A stretch of DNA of 55,825 nucleotides, from the NCBI GenBank assembly GCA_001778985.1, contig MFIU01000002.1:1-55825 (forward strand). Reading direction: 5' to 3'. The first letter of the stretch is position 1. Each line of letters begins with the position of its first letter. The notes beneath the pieces were generated by a model. That model did no database searches. It had not been told where the DNA came from and worked only from the letters and a program-made list of their open reading frames with translations. The translations under genes and the position numbers were made by a program. Source of the DNA: Candidatus Giovannonibacteria bacterium RIFOXYD1_FULL_48_21 (lineage in GTDB: Bacteria; Patescibacteriota; Minisyncoccia; JACPKW01; UBA11713). Below, piece by piece: positions 8,223-16,624 of this stretch.

Positions 8223-9290
8223 ATGTCCAAAGATTACTACCAGATTTTGGGAGTATCAAGAAACGCCTCCAAAGACGATATTAAAAAAGCGTTTCGTCAC
8301 CTCGCTCACAAACATCATCCGGATAAAGGCGGCGAGGAAGCGAAATTTAAGGAGCTTAACGAAGCCTATCAGGTTTTGTCTGACGAGCGAAAACGGGCCG
8401 AGTACGACCGCTACGGCCGGGTTTTTTCTGAAGGCGGCGCCGGCCCGGCTTGGGATTTTTCCGGCTTTGATTTGGGCGACATATTTGAAGATATTTTTTC
8501 CGCCCAAGGCAGTACAGCCCCGGGCTGGGAAGATCTTTTCGGCTTTCGGGAAAGGGGACGGCGCGTCAGGCGCGGCCGAGACATTTCCATTGACCTTGAA
8601 ATAAGTTTTGAAGAGGCGGTTTTCGGAACGGAGCGAAAAGTACTCCTGACCAAAGCCTCGTTCTGCGAGAATTGTCAGGGTTCCGGAGCCGCTCCCGGTT
8701 CCAAAACTAAAACCTGTCCAAGTTGCGCGGGAGCAGGCACGGTTCGCGAATCCCGGCGCTCTTTTCTAGGTTCCATCACTCGCGCGGTTGAATGCAAAAA
8801 CTGCTCGGGCCAGGGAACCTTGCCCGAGAAACATTGCGAACTTTGTTCGGGCAAAGGGGTTCGTTCCAGGAGAGAGGAGGTGGTGATTTCGATTCCGCCC
8901 GGGATACGAGCCGGTGAGATGATTAAATTATCTTCCAAGGGCGAGGCGGCGGCCTTCGGCGTGGCCGGGGACCTCTATGTGAAAATAAATGTGGCTCGCC
9001 ACCCAGTTTTTACCCGAGGGGGTGATGATTTGCTGATGGACTTGGCGATTCCGCTCTCGGAGGCGATTTTGGGTTCGGAACGGACCATAGGCGCGCTTGA
9101 CGGCAATATTAAAGTAAAGATTCCGGCCGGAGTTGATTCCGGAGAATTTTTGAAAATTCGCGGCCGCGGCGTGGTGACCGAGGACGGCCGGCGCGGCGAT
9201 TTGGTTGTCAGAATTTTGGTTAAAACTCCCAAGCGCCTTTCCAAAAAAGCCCGGGAACTAATTGAAGAATTGAAAAAAGAGGGGATTTGA
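8223..9290 (+). CDS. dnaJ: molecular chaperone DnaJ
   Basis: It has a J domain ([26 protein letters not shown]), a G/F region and four CxxCxGxG zinc motifs. Confidence 0.95.
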   Translation: MSKDYYQILGVSRNASKDDIKKAFRHLAHKHHPDKGGEEAKFKELNEAYQVLSDERKRAEYDRYGRVFSEGGAGPAWDFSGFDLGDIFEDIFSAQGSTAPGWEDLFGFRERGRRVRRGRDISIDLEISFEEAVFGTERKVLLTKASFCENCQGSGAAPGSKTKTCPSCAGAGTVRESRRSFLGSITRAVECKNCSGQGTLPEKHCELCSGKGVRSRREEVVISIPPGIRAGEMIKLSSKGEAAAFGVAGDLYVKINVARHPVFTRGGDDLLMDLAIPLSEAILGSERTIGALDGNIKVKIPAGVDSGEFLKIRGRGVVTEDGRRGDLVVRILVKTPKRLSKKARELIEELKKEGI

Positions 9291-9307
9291 ATTAAAATAT
9301 ACGCGTT

Positions 9308-9380
9308 CCGCCCATAGCTCAATTGGCAGAGCAGCTCCCTTTTAAGGAGAAGGTTCCAGGTTCGATTCCTGGTGGGCGGA
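9308..9380 (+). tRNA. tRNA-Lys (anticodon UUU)
   Basis: Hand-folded cloverleaf: acceptor CCGCCCA/TGGGCGG, D stem GCTC/GAGC, anticodon loop CTTTTAA, T arm CCAGG-TTCGATT-CCTGG, discriminator A. CCA is not encoded. Confidence 0.85.
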
Positions 9381-9388
9381 CAATAGAA

Positions 9389-9418
9389 AAAGGGCTGACC
9401 TGAAGGTCTAAGCCCTTT
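9389..9418. terminator. hairpin between the convergent tRNA-Lys and traT-like gene (possible bidirectional terminator)
   Basis: The stem is AAAGGGCT(GACC-tgaa-GGTC)taAGCCCTTT. It is flanked by A-rich sequence on the left and TTTCT on the right. Confidence 0.6.
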
Positions 9419-9442
9419 CTCGCTCTGCTTGCCGTTATGAAG

Positions 9443-10186
9443 TTAAAGTATTCCGGCAAGACTTTTTGTTATTTTGTCGACCAAGGCTGGCTTCGCCGTT
9501 TCCAGGTCTAAGTTAACCTGGATAGCAGTGGCGTAGAGCCGGTTCCGATACAAGATGCGGTCGGCTTGATAACTTCCCGTATCCTGTTGGACTCGGCTTG
9601 CCGTGCCCTGCGCGACGCTCACGGTTTGTCTTTCTGTTATCGGTCGGTCTGACCTCTCGGAGAGTTGCGCGTCAACTATGACCGCGAACTCAACCTTTTT
9701 CACCAGCTCCCCGGCGATAAATTCAGCGGCTTGACCCAAGATTCCGCCTACTAATGCTCCGGCCGCCGTGCCATATCTCTGGTTCGACGCCATTCCTCCG
9801 ATGACCGCTCCCCCTACTCCTCCGATGATACCTCCGCCGTAGCCCGCGTGCATTGCTTCCTGAATGGCTGGCGTATTCGCCTCTCCCAAGTAGCGGACGT
9901 TGACCTGATACCAGTAATAAGCCGCTTGGGGGTCAGAGATGACGCGGTATCCCTTGGAGCTCAAAAGCCCATGCAAGGACGAGAGATTAATATTCTCTCC
10001 GGAAGTATCTTTTACCTCTACCCACACGGTTTTTTGTGCCTGCGGGACTGGCCTTAAAAAGATGGTTTCATCCGGCTTACTCTGGACCTTGAGGTCCTTG
10101 TACCGGATGGCCGTCATTGCGGCGGCGCAACCGCTCAGGGAAAACCCTGCCACCAAAATCAAACACCAAAAACCGATTTTTCTCAT
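9443..10186 (-). CDS. traT: TraT-like lipoprotein (complement-resistance / surface-exclusion protein family)
   Basis: It has a lipobox (LILVAGFSLSGC), AAYYWYQVNV, a Gly-rich core (GYGGGIIGGVGGAVIGG) and the C-terminus ...VNLDLETAKPALVDKITKSLAGIL. From my recollection of F-plasmid TraT (...KAYYWIQANV..., ...AKPVLEDQLAKSIANIL) it is collinear and of the same length (about 245 aa). Confidence 0.75.
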   Translation of the reverse strand: MRKIGFWCLILVAGFSLSGCAAAMTAIRYKDLKVQSKPDETIFLRPVPQAQKTVWVEVKDTSGENINLSSLHGLLSSKGYRVISDPQAAYYWYQVNVRYLGEANTPAIQEAMHAGYGGGIIGGVGGAVIGGMASNQRYGTAAGALVGGILGQAAEFIAGELVKKVEFAVIVDAQLSERSDRPITERQTVSVAQGTASRVQQDTGSYQADRILYRNRLYATAIQVNLDLETAKPALVDKITKSLAGIL

Positions 10187-10285
10187 CTGAAATCCCTCCC
10201 TCCGAGTTAAATAGCTTTGTTTTTAGTATAGGCAAATTTTCACAGAATTGTCAAATTTTTTCTGGTATGCTGAAAAGGTAATCAA

Positions 10286-10897
10286 ATGAGGTATTTTTAC
10301 TGGTTTGTTCAGGCCTTGATGTGGCCTCTCGCCTGGGTTTTAATCCGGATTTTTTACCGTATGGAAATTAAGGGGCGCGAGAATTTAAAAAACATTTCCG
10401 GCCCGCTCATCATAGCCTCTAACCACAAAACTCTTTTTGACGGCTGGCTTATAGGCATCGCTTTGCCGTTCGCCTCGCGTTTTTTCCCGCTTCGGTTTAT
10501 GACCGAGGAACTCCATTTTCGCGGTGCGGCGCTGGAATTTTTAAGGAAGGCGAAACTTCTGAAATTTTTCTATTTTTTAACCGGCGGCTTTCCTTCTTAT
10601 CGCGGAGAAGGAGTTGAAAAAGCGATTGAATATCCCGCGAAGCTTCTGGAGAAGGGAGGCACAGTTTTAATGTTTCCGGAAGGGAGGTTGGCCCGGGGAG
10701 ACGGCCTCGGGGCTTTTTATCACGGGACCTCTGCTCTCGCCATAAAATCCGGCGCCTTGATTCTTCCGGCCTCGATTAGATTATCATCGCCGAAAATTTT
10801 TGTTTCCTTCGGCCCGTCTTTTAAATTAAATCCCCACACCGTCCCGGAAAGCACGGAATATCTGCGTTCAAAACTTTCAGAGCTTTATTACGCTTGA
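10286..10897 (+). CDS. plsC: 1-acyl-sn-glycerol-3-phosphate (lysophospholipid) acyltransferase
   Basis: It has the HX4D motif (ASNHKTLFDGW), the FPEGR motif (MFPEGRLARG) and an N-terminal membrane helix. Confidence 0.8.
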   Translation: MRYFYWFVQALMWPLAWVLIRIFYRMEIKGRENLKNISGPLIIASNHKTLFDGWLIGIALPFASRFFPLRFMTEELHFRGAALEFLRKAKLLKFFYFLTGGFPSYRGEGVEKAIEYPAKLLEKGGTVLMFPEGRLARGDGLGAFYHGTSALAIKSGALILPASIRLSSPKIFVSFGPSFKLNPHTVPESTEYLRSKLSELYYA

Positions 10898-10961
10898 CAG
10901 GCAAAACTATTTTTAATAAGCTACATCATCTATGTCAGAATAGTTCTTTATTGGAGGAAAC

Positions 10962-11141
10962 ATGCCGAATCAGATTGATGCCAATGAAAAGAAATGTCTG
11001 GAGTGCGGAACAAAACTCGAACAGCTCCCGGTTACGGGAGGGTGGTGCTCTGAACAAAAGATAGAGCTGGTATGTCCCAACAGATGTTCCCAGGCCAAAT
11101 CAGCTCCTCTCAGGCCTTTGGGAAACAAAGGCTGGCAATAG
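10962..11141 (+). CDS. small (59 aa) Cys-rich, zinc-ribbon-like protein
   Basis: Hand translation gives MPNQIDANEKKCLECGTKLEQLPVTGGWCSEQKIELVCPNRCSQAKSAPLRPLGNKGWQ*. A GGAGG lies 5 nt upstream of the ATG, and there are CxxC ... CxxxC pairs. It is below the ORF-track size cutoff and is preferred over the antisense ORF 10970-11164. Confidence 0.5.
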   Translation: MPNQIDANEKKCLECGTKLEQLPVTGGWCSEQKIELVCPNRCSQAKSAPLRPLGNKGWQ

Positions 11142-11222
11142 CGAAAAAATAAAGGGGGCGACATAAAATTAGGGTTGGCTCAACAGAAGAGTTCGGCCTT
11201 ATTTTTTTATCACTTTTTCCGC

Positions 11223-11228
11223 TATAAT
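11223..11228 (+). promoter_or_regulatory. candidate -10 box (TATAAT) 6 nt upstream of the ATG at 11235
   Basis: It is an exact TATAAT with the same -10-to-ATG geometry as hrcA, rseP and murG. No convincing -35 was found. Confidence 0.35.
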
Positions 11229-11234
11229 TAAAGG

Positions 11235-12347
11235 ATGGTAAAACTTTTTTCGGATGCCATTCGGGATTTGTTGTCCCTTATATTGCCCGCGCGTCTGTTT
11301 GCGCATTTTTTCTTAAAACCCGTTTTTGTTTTCTTGGTACACCCGCGCGATATGCAGGATGTTTACAATAAGTATCCCTTTTTCAGCGTTCTCTCGCCAT
11401 ATGTTTTGAAGCTTTTTTTAAAGTGGTTTTGGCCGGTTGCGCTTTCCGAGATAACAGGCGTCAAACTTATTGAGAACGGGAATGCTCTTCCTGGCCACGT
11501 TTTTACTATTTCCCTTACCCCCGAACAAATGCTGGAAGATAAGGAACTTGCGCGGCGAAAAATTAAGCTCGCGGTGAGACTTGCAGAAAAGTATGGTGCT
11601 GACGTTATGGGTCTCGGAGGCTATACCTCTTCCGTCATCGGTAATGCAGCGGAGCTCGGAACGGGCCGCGATATAATAGTGACAAGCGGCAATACCCTAA
11701 CCGCGGTTTCAAGCATTGAGAACATAAAGGACATTTTTTCTCGCTTCGGCTTGAAGCCAGCCAGCGCGAAGGTCGCCATTTTGGGAGCGACGGGGTCAGT
11801 AGGGAAAATGGTTGCTCGGCTTCTTTCTGAATGGGGTATTAAGAATTTAATTCTAGTAAGTAAAACATCGGAACGCCTAAAAATTTTTTCTGACGATCTT
11901 GAATCAAAAAATACGGTATTGCGCATTGAATACTCTATTGATATTTCATCGCTCGTAAAGTCAGACTTGATCGTCGCCGCGACCAACGCCCCCTCCTCCC
12001 TTATTCGTTCCGAGCACCTGAAAAAGGGAGCGATAGTTTACGATATTTCCCAGCCTAAAAACGTTTCGCGCGAAGTGATACTTTCCCGCCCCGACTGCGC
12101 TTTCTTTGAGGGCGGGCTTGTGCACTCTCCGGAGAATATTGTTTATAATTTTAATTTCAGGCTCCCTCCCCATGTTATTTTTTCCTGCCTCGCGGAAACG
12201 ACAGTCATTGCGGCTGCAGGTTTTGAAAAAGAAGACGTGGTGGAAGGTCATCCGGATTATATTAATTTGCTAAGAATTACGGCTCCGGCGCTTGGATTCA
12301 AGCCGCATTATTACAAAATTGACTTTCCTTCTGAAGATGGAAATTAA
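11235..12347 (+). CDS. NAD(P)-binding oxidoreductase, acyl-ACP-reductase-like
   Basis: By my recollection the motifs GLGGYTSSV, TSGNTLTA and the Rossmann motif AILGATGSVGKMVARLL are collinear with cyanobacterial acyl-ACP reductase (LGGFTSII / TTGNTHTA / VVGATGDIGSAV). The specific function is not established. Confidence 0.5.
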   Translation: MVKLFSDAIRDLLSLILPARLFAHFFLKPVFVFLVHPRDMQDVYNKYPFFSVLSPYVLKLFLKWFWPVALSEITGVKLIENGNALPGHVFTISLTPEQMLEDKELARRKIKLAVRLAEKYGADVMGLGGYTSSVIGNAAELGTGRDIIVTSGNTLTAVSSIENIKDIFSRFGLKPASAKVAILGATGSVGKMVARLLSEWGIKNLILVSKTSERLKIFSDDLESKNTVLRIEYSIDISSLVKSDLIVAATNAPSSLIRSEHLKKGAIVYDISQPKNVSREVILSRPDCAFFEGGLVHSPENIVYNFNFRLPPHVIFSCLAETTVIAAAGFEKEDVVEGHPDYINLLRITAPALGFKPHYYKIDFPSEDGN

Positions 12348-13986
12348 AATCGCAGCTCTTTTGTTTCTCGCGGCCGTTGACTTATTTTTTGGACTTTTTG
12401 TTTATTTGAGCAACAAGAGAAGTCCAATTAATATCTTTTACGGCCTCGCTGTTCTTTCCGTAGGGCTCTGGAGTCTGGGAGTCTTTATGTTTTTCTTTAG
12501 CGAAGCTTCAACGTTGCGCTTTTGGAGCAATTTTACTTACCTGGCTGGGAGTCTGATCGTGGGCAATTTTTTCGCATTTTCACTTATTTTCCCGAAAGAA
12601 GAGTGGGGGCGCGGTTTTTGGCGCACCGCTTTTTTGTATCTGCCAAACATATTTTTTGTCACAGCGCTATTTTTCTCCAACCTAATTATAAAAGAGGTTC
12701 TAATATTTCCGAACGGCACTCGCGCCATCCTTTTCGGAAGTTTATATTTTTTGTATTGGCTTTATTTTCTTGTGTTTCTTTCAAGTGCCTTTATTATTCT
12801 CGCGCGAAGGTATTTTCGCGCTGGCGGAGTAGAACGTTTGCAAATAGGCTATGTCCTGGTTGGTTCTTTCATTCTTGCCGCGTTCGGAACCCTTATGAAT
12901 CTCTGGCTGCCGACAGTGGGCATTTTTGACCTTTTTTGGCTAGGCCCTTATTTTTCCATGTTTCTCGTGACCTTGTTGGCAACAGCCATATTTAAATATC
13001 GCCTTTTTAATATTCGGCTCATTTCGGCCGAGATTTTCGTTGCCCTTCTTATTATAGTTTTGTTTGTCAATTTCTTCGTTTCAGCCGGCATAACTGCCTA
13101 TCTTTTTAATGGGATAATTCTTTTGGGAGGTGTTGTTTTCGGTTATTTTCTGATTCGGGGGGTGATAAACGAAATTCAAGCGCGCGAAGAGATTTCGCGC
13201 CTAGCGGAGGGGTTGAATAAAGCGAATCAGGAATTGAAAAAACTCGACCAGTTGAAATCCGAATTTTTGTCGCTGGCGTCGCACCAGCTTCGCGCGCCGT
13301 TGACGGTGGTCAAAGGATATATCTCCATGATTCAGGAGGGGAATTACGGAGAGATTCCGGAAAAACTTCGCGAAGCCCTGCGCCGAGTTTATTTTTCAAA
13401 CGAGCGCCTGATAAATCTGGTGGGAGATTTTCTGAATATTTCCAGAATCGAATCCGGGCGCCTGCATTATGTTTTTGAACCCAGCATTATCGCGGACTTA
13501 ATCCGGAGCGTGGTTGGGGAGTTCAAAGATTTTGCCAAAGACAAAGGAATCGAGCTTTCATGCCAAGAGCCGAAAGAAACTTTGCCCCTGGCCAGAATCG
13601 ACCGCGATAAATTCCGGCAGGTAATTGTCAATCTTATTGATAATGCCATCAAGTACACTCGGCGGGGTTCAATCAAAATTGAAATAAGCTCTGACAAAGA
13701 TTCAATTTTAATTTCCACCCAGGACACCGGCATTGGCATGGCGCCTGAAGAACTCGACCTAATTTTCAAGCGCTTTTCAAGAGGGGAGGGAGCGACTAAA
13801 GTATATACAGAGGGGATGGGTTTGGGCCTGTATCTGGCGAAGCGCATTGTTCAAGACCACGGCGGCGAGATTTGGGCCGAATCCAAAGGCCGCGGCCGAG
13901 GTTCTACTTTTTATATCAAAATTCCGGCGCTAACCGCCGAAGTCAAGCGCGCCGAGCAGTTTAAGGAATTTGTGGAGAAAATATAA
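12337..13986 (+). CDS. sensor histidine kinase with a multi-pass (about 7-8 TM) N-terminal domain; no adjacent response regulator
   Basis: It has a HisKA H-box (FLSLASHQLRAPLT) and the HATPase_c N, G1 and G2 boxes (NLIDNAIKYT, DTGIGM, GMGLGLYLAK). The start is taken at ATG 12337; the ORF-track start at 12292 lies inside the previous gene. Confidence 0.85.
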   Translation: MEIKIAALLFLAAVDLFFGLFVYLSNKRSPINIFYGLAVLSVGLWSLGVFMFFFSEASTLRFWSNFTYLAGSLIVGNFFAFSLIFPKEEWGRGFWRTAFLYLPNIFFVTALFFSNLIIKEVLIFPNGTRAILFGSLYFLYWLYFLVFLSSAFIILARRYFRAGGVERLQIGYVLVGSFILAAFGTLMNLWLPTVGIFDLFWLGPYFSMFLVTLLATAIFKYRLFNIRLISAEIFVALLIIVLFVNFFVSAGITAYLFNGIILLGGVVFGYFLIRGVINEIQAREEISRLAEGLNKANQELKKLDQLKSEFLSLASHQLRAPLTVVKGYISMIQEGNYGEIPEKLREALRRVYFSNERLINLVGDFLNISRIESGRLHYVFEPSIIADLIRSVVGEFKDFAKDKGIELSCQEPKETLPLARIDRDKFRQVIVNLIDNAIKYTRRGSIKIEISSDKDSILISTQDTGIGMAPEELDLIFKRFSRGEGATKVYTEGMGLGLYLAKRIVQDHGGEIWAESKGRGRGSTFYIKIPALTAEVKRAEQFKEFVEKI

Positions 13987-13989
13987 ATT

Positions 13990-15387
13990 ATGAAAATTGA
14001 TATTGCCGATATCCCAAAACATCTGGGAAAAGAACTTGAACTTTTCGGATGGATTGACGTGAGGCGAGACCACGGCAAGCTTATTTTTTTTGACCTCCGG
14101 GACAGGAGCGGCAAAGTCCAGCTTGTGATTGCTCCGGAGCCGAAAGAAATTCACTCTCTCGCCGAAACGTTGCGTCCGGAATGGGTGATTCGCGTGAAAG
14201 GGCTGGTCGCCAAGCGGCCGGAGGCCATGAAAAACCCCAAAGAGCCGACCGGGGAAGTTGAGGTCAAAGTTTCAGAGCTCGAAATTTTAGCCAAATCAAA
14301 AACGCCTCCGTTCGACATTTCTGGAGACGGTTACGAGATAGATGAGGAGATTCGAATGAAGCATCGTTATTTAGATTTGCGCCGCCCCAGACTTCTTAAA
14401 AATTTGCTCCGGCGCGACAAGGTCATTATTTTCATTCGCGATTATCTTCACAAAAAGGATTTTATTGAAATAGAAACGCCGCTTCTCACAAAGTCAACTC
14501 CGGAAGGGGCAAGAGATTATATTGTTCCGTCCCGTCTCCAGCCAGGAAATTTTTACGCCCTTCCGCAATCTCCCCAGCAGTACAAACAGCTTTTGATGGT
14601 GGCCGGGGTGGAGAAATATTTCCAGATTGCCAGAGCTTTGCGGGACGAAGACACCCGCGGCGACCGCCAGCCGGAGCACACTCAGCTGGATATAGAAATG
14701 TCGTTTGTAAAGCCGAGCGAGGTTATGACTCTGGTTGAGGATATGATTATCGCTATGATGCGAGGACTCTATCCGGATAAAAAAATGAAAGTGCCGTGGC
14801 CGAGGATTCCCTATGCGGAGGCGATGACGAAGTATGGCAGCGACAAACCCGACACCAGAGATAATAAAAATGATCCAGATGAAATCGCTTTTGCTTGGAT
14901 TGTCGATTTCCCAAGTTTTGAGACCGATGTCAATACAAAAAAAATACAGCCGGTGCATCATATGTTCGTGCAGCCGAGAGAGGAGAGCATCGCCCTTATT
15001 GATTCTGACCCATCGAAAATGGTCAGCACGCAGTATGATTGGGTCTGCAATGGCTATGAGCTGGCAAGCGGCAGCATCAGAATTACGGATCCGAAACTGC
15101 AGATGAAAGTTTTCAAGCTTTTGGGGATGAGTGAAGAAAAAGCTCAAAAAGATTTCGGGCATTTGTTGGAGGCGTTCACGTACGGAGTCCCTCCCCACGG
15201 AGGCATCGCTCCCGGATTAGACAGGCTGGTTATGATTCTTCAGGGCGAGCCGAATATCCGCGAGGTAATCGCTTTTCCAAAAACCGGGGACGGCCGAGAT
15301 TTGATGATGGGCGCTCCGGCCGAAGTCGAAAAATCGCAGTTGGATGAACTCGGAATACAGATTAAAAAATCGAAAAATAAGAAATGA
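13990..15387 (+). CDS. aspS: aspartyl-tRNA synthetase, bacterial-type core lacking the GAD insertion domain
   Basis: Motifs are FYALPQSPQQYKQLLMV, FQIARALRDED.RGDRQPEHTQLD.EMSF, YGSDKPD.R and GGIA.GLDRL. It is 465 aa against about 590 aa for typical bacterial AspRS. Confidence 0.9.
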   Translation: MKIDIADIPKHLGKELELFGWIDVRRDHGKLIFFDLRDRSGKVQLVIAPEPKEIHSLAETLRPEWVIRVKGLVAKRPEAMKNPKEPTGEVEVKVSELEILAKSKTPPFDISGDGYEIDEEIRMKHRYLDLRRPRLLKNLLRRDKVIIFIRDYLHKKDFIEIETPLLTKSTPEGARDYIVPSRLQPGNFYALPQSPQQYKQLLMVAGVEKYFQIARALRDEDTRGDRQPEHTQLDIEMSFVKPSEVMTLVEDMIIAMMRGLYPDKKMKVPWPRIPYAEAMTKYGSDKPDTRDNKNDPDEIAFAWIVDFPSFETDVNTKKIQPVHHMFVQPREESIALIDSDPSKMVSTQYDWVCNGYELASGSIRITDPKLQMKVFKLLGMSEEKAQKDFGHLLEAFTYGVPPHGGIAPGLDRLVMILQGEPNIREVIAFPKTGDGRDLMMGAPAEVEKSQLDELGIQIKKSKNKK

Positions 15388-16079
15388 CTTACAAGGTGAA
15401 GCTCGAACAATTCGAAGGGCCGCTGGATTTACTGCTGGATTTGATTGAGGCGCGAAAACTTTCCATCTCGACCGTTTCACTCGCTAAAATCACGGGCGAA
15501 TACGCCAAGCATATCAAAGATCTTGAAGATTTGCCGTTGGAAGAAGTTTCCGATTTTCTAGTGGTGGCTGCCACGCTGATGCTGATAAAATCGCGCTCCC
15601 TCCTGCCCGGACTTGAACTTTTAGAGGAAGAAGAGAAGGATATTCAGGATTTGGAGCGGAGGCTTAAAATTCTGGCCCGGATTCGAGAATTTTCCAAAAA
15701 TATAAAAACCGGATGGCTCGCCCGTCCAGCTTTTTCGCGCGAAGCTCTTCAGGGTTTTGAGTTCGGCTTCATCGAGCCGAAAAGCGTCAGCATTAATTCT
15801 TTGGCAAAGGCCCTGGAAGCCCTGGTCCAGACTTTCCCGAAAATATCAGAACTGCCCTCCAAGACTTTGGAGAAAGTCATTTCGATTGAAGAGAAAATGC
15901 TGGAATTAGTCCAACGCATCTCCACCAAGCTTAAAGCGAGCTTTCACGAATTAGTCGGCTCTAAGAATAAGCTGGAGGTGATCGTGGGATTTTTGGCCAT
16001 ATTGGAACTCGTGAAGCAAGGCGCTTTATTGGTTAAGCAGGAGGAGCGTTTCGGACGGATTGAACTTGAGAAAAAATGA
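15384..16079 (+). CDS. scpA: segregation and condensation protein A
   Basis: The N-terminus is FEGPLDLLLDLI....L.I..V.LA.IT..Y. It is followed by scpB with overlapping stop and start. Confidence 0.85.
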   Translation: MTYKVKLEQFEGPLDLLLDLIEARKLSISTVSLAKITGEYAKHIKDLEDLPLEEVSDFLVVAATLMLIKSRSLLPGLELLEEEEKDIQDLERRLKILARIREFSKNIKTGWLARPAFSREALQGFEFGFIEPKSVSINSLAKALEALVQTFPKISELPSKTLEKVISIEEKMLELVQRISTKLKASFHELVGSKNKLEVIVGFLAILELVKQGALLVKQEERFGRIELEKK

Positions 16080-16624
16080 GCGAGCTTTCAAAAAAACTGG
16101 AGGCTATTTTGTTTATCGCCGGAGAACCATTGAGCCTGGAGCGTCTTTCTAAAATTCTGAAAAAAGATAAAGCTACTCTCGGCGAGGCGCTCTCGGAACT
16201 GGCGAAAACGCTTTCCGAGCGGGGACTGCGTCTTTCGGAAAAAGACGACGAATACCTTCTGGTCACGGCGCCGGAGCTTGGAAAATTCGTGGAAGATTTT
16301 ATGAAAGAAGAGCTCGGCGAGGAGCTGTCGCGCGCCACCCTTGAAACTTTGGCGGTCATTGTTTATAAAGGACCGCTCTCGCGTTCCGAGATTGATTATA
16401 TCCGGGGGGTCAATTCCAGCTTCACGGTGAGAAATTTGATGATTCGGGGTTTGATTGAGCGCAAGGCTCATCCCCACGACTCCAGAATCTGGCTTTACCG
16501 CCCGAGTTTTGATTTTTTGAAATTTATGGGCATTACGAAATTAGGCGAGCTTGCGGGGTATAATGAATTCATGAAAGAGATGGAAGAGTTATTAAAGCGA
16601 GAATCAGAACCAGCACAAGCATGA
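16076..16624 (+). CDS. scpB: segregation and condensation protein B
   Basis: LEAILF.AGEPLS...L; S.A.LETLA.I.YKGP..R.EI..IRGV.S...V..L..RGLI. Confidence 0.85.
   Translation: MSELSKKLEAILFIAGEPLSLERLSKILKKDKATLGEALSELAKTLSERGLRLSEKDDEYLLVTAPELGKFVEDFMKEELGEELSRATLETLAVIVYKGPLSRSEIDYIRGVNSSFTVRNLMIRGLIERKAHPHDSRIWLYRPSFDFLKFMGITKLGELAGYNEFMKEMEELLKRESEPAQA

Noticed and set aside
10970-11164. A 64-aa minus-strand ORF in the plsC-downstream gap.
   Set aside because: The plus-strand 59-aa ORF (10962-11141) covers the same DNA, has a GGAGG at correct spacing and paired Cys motifs, and is co-directional with its neighbours. The minus-strand ORF has neither an RBS nor motifs.
9308-13986. A genomic island integrated at tRNA-Lys.
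   Set aside because: I could not find a direct repeat of the tRNA 3' end downstream, and there is no integrase or recombinase gene. The region still looks compositionally atypical, so it is reported only as an accessory-looking cluster.
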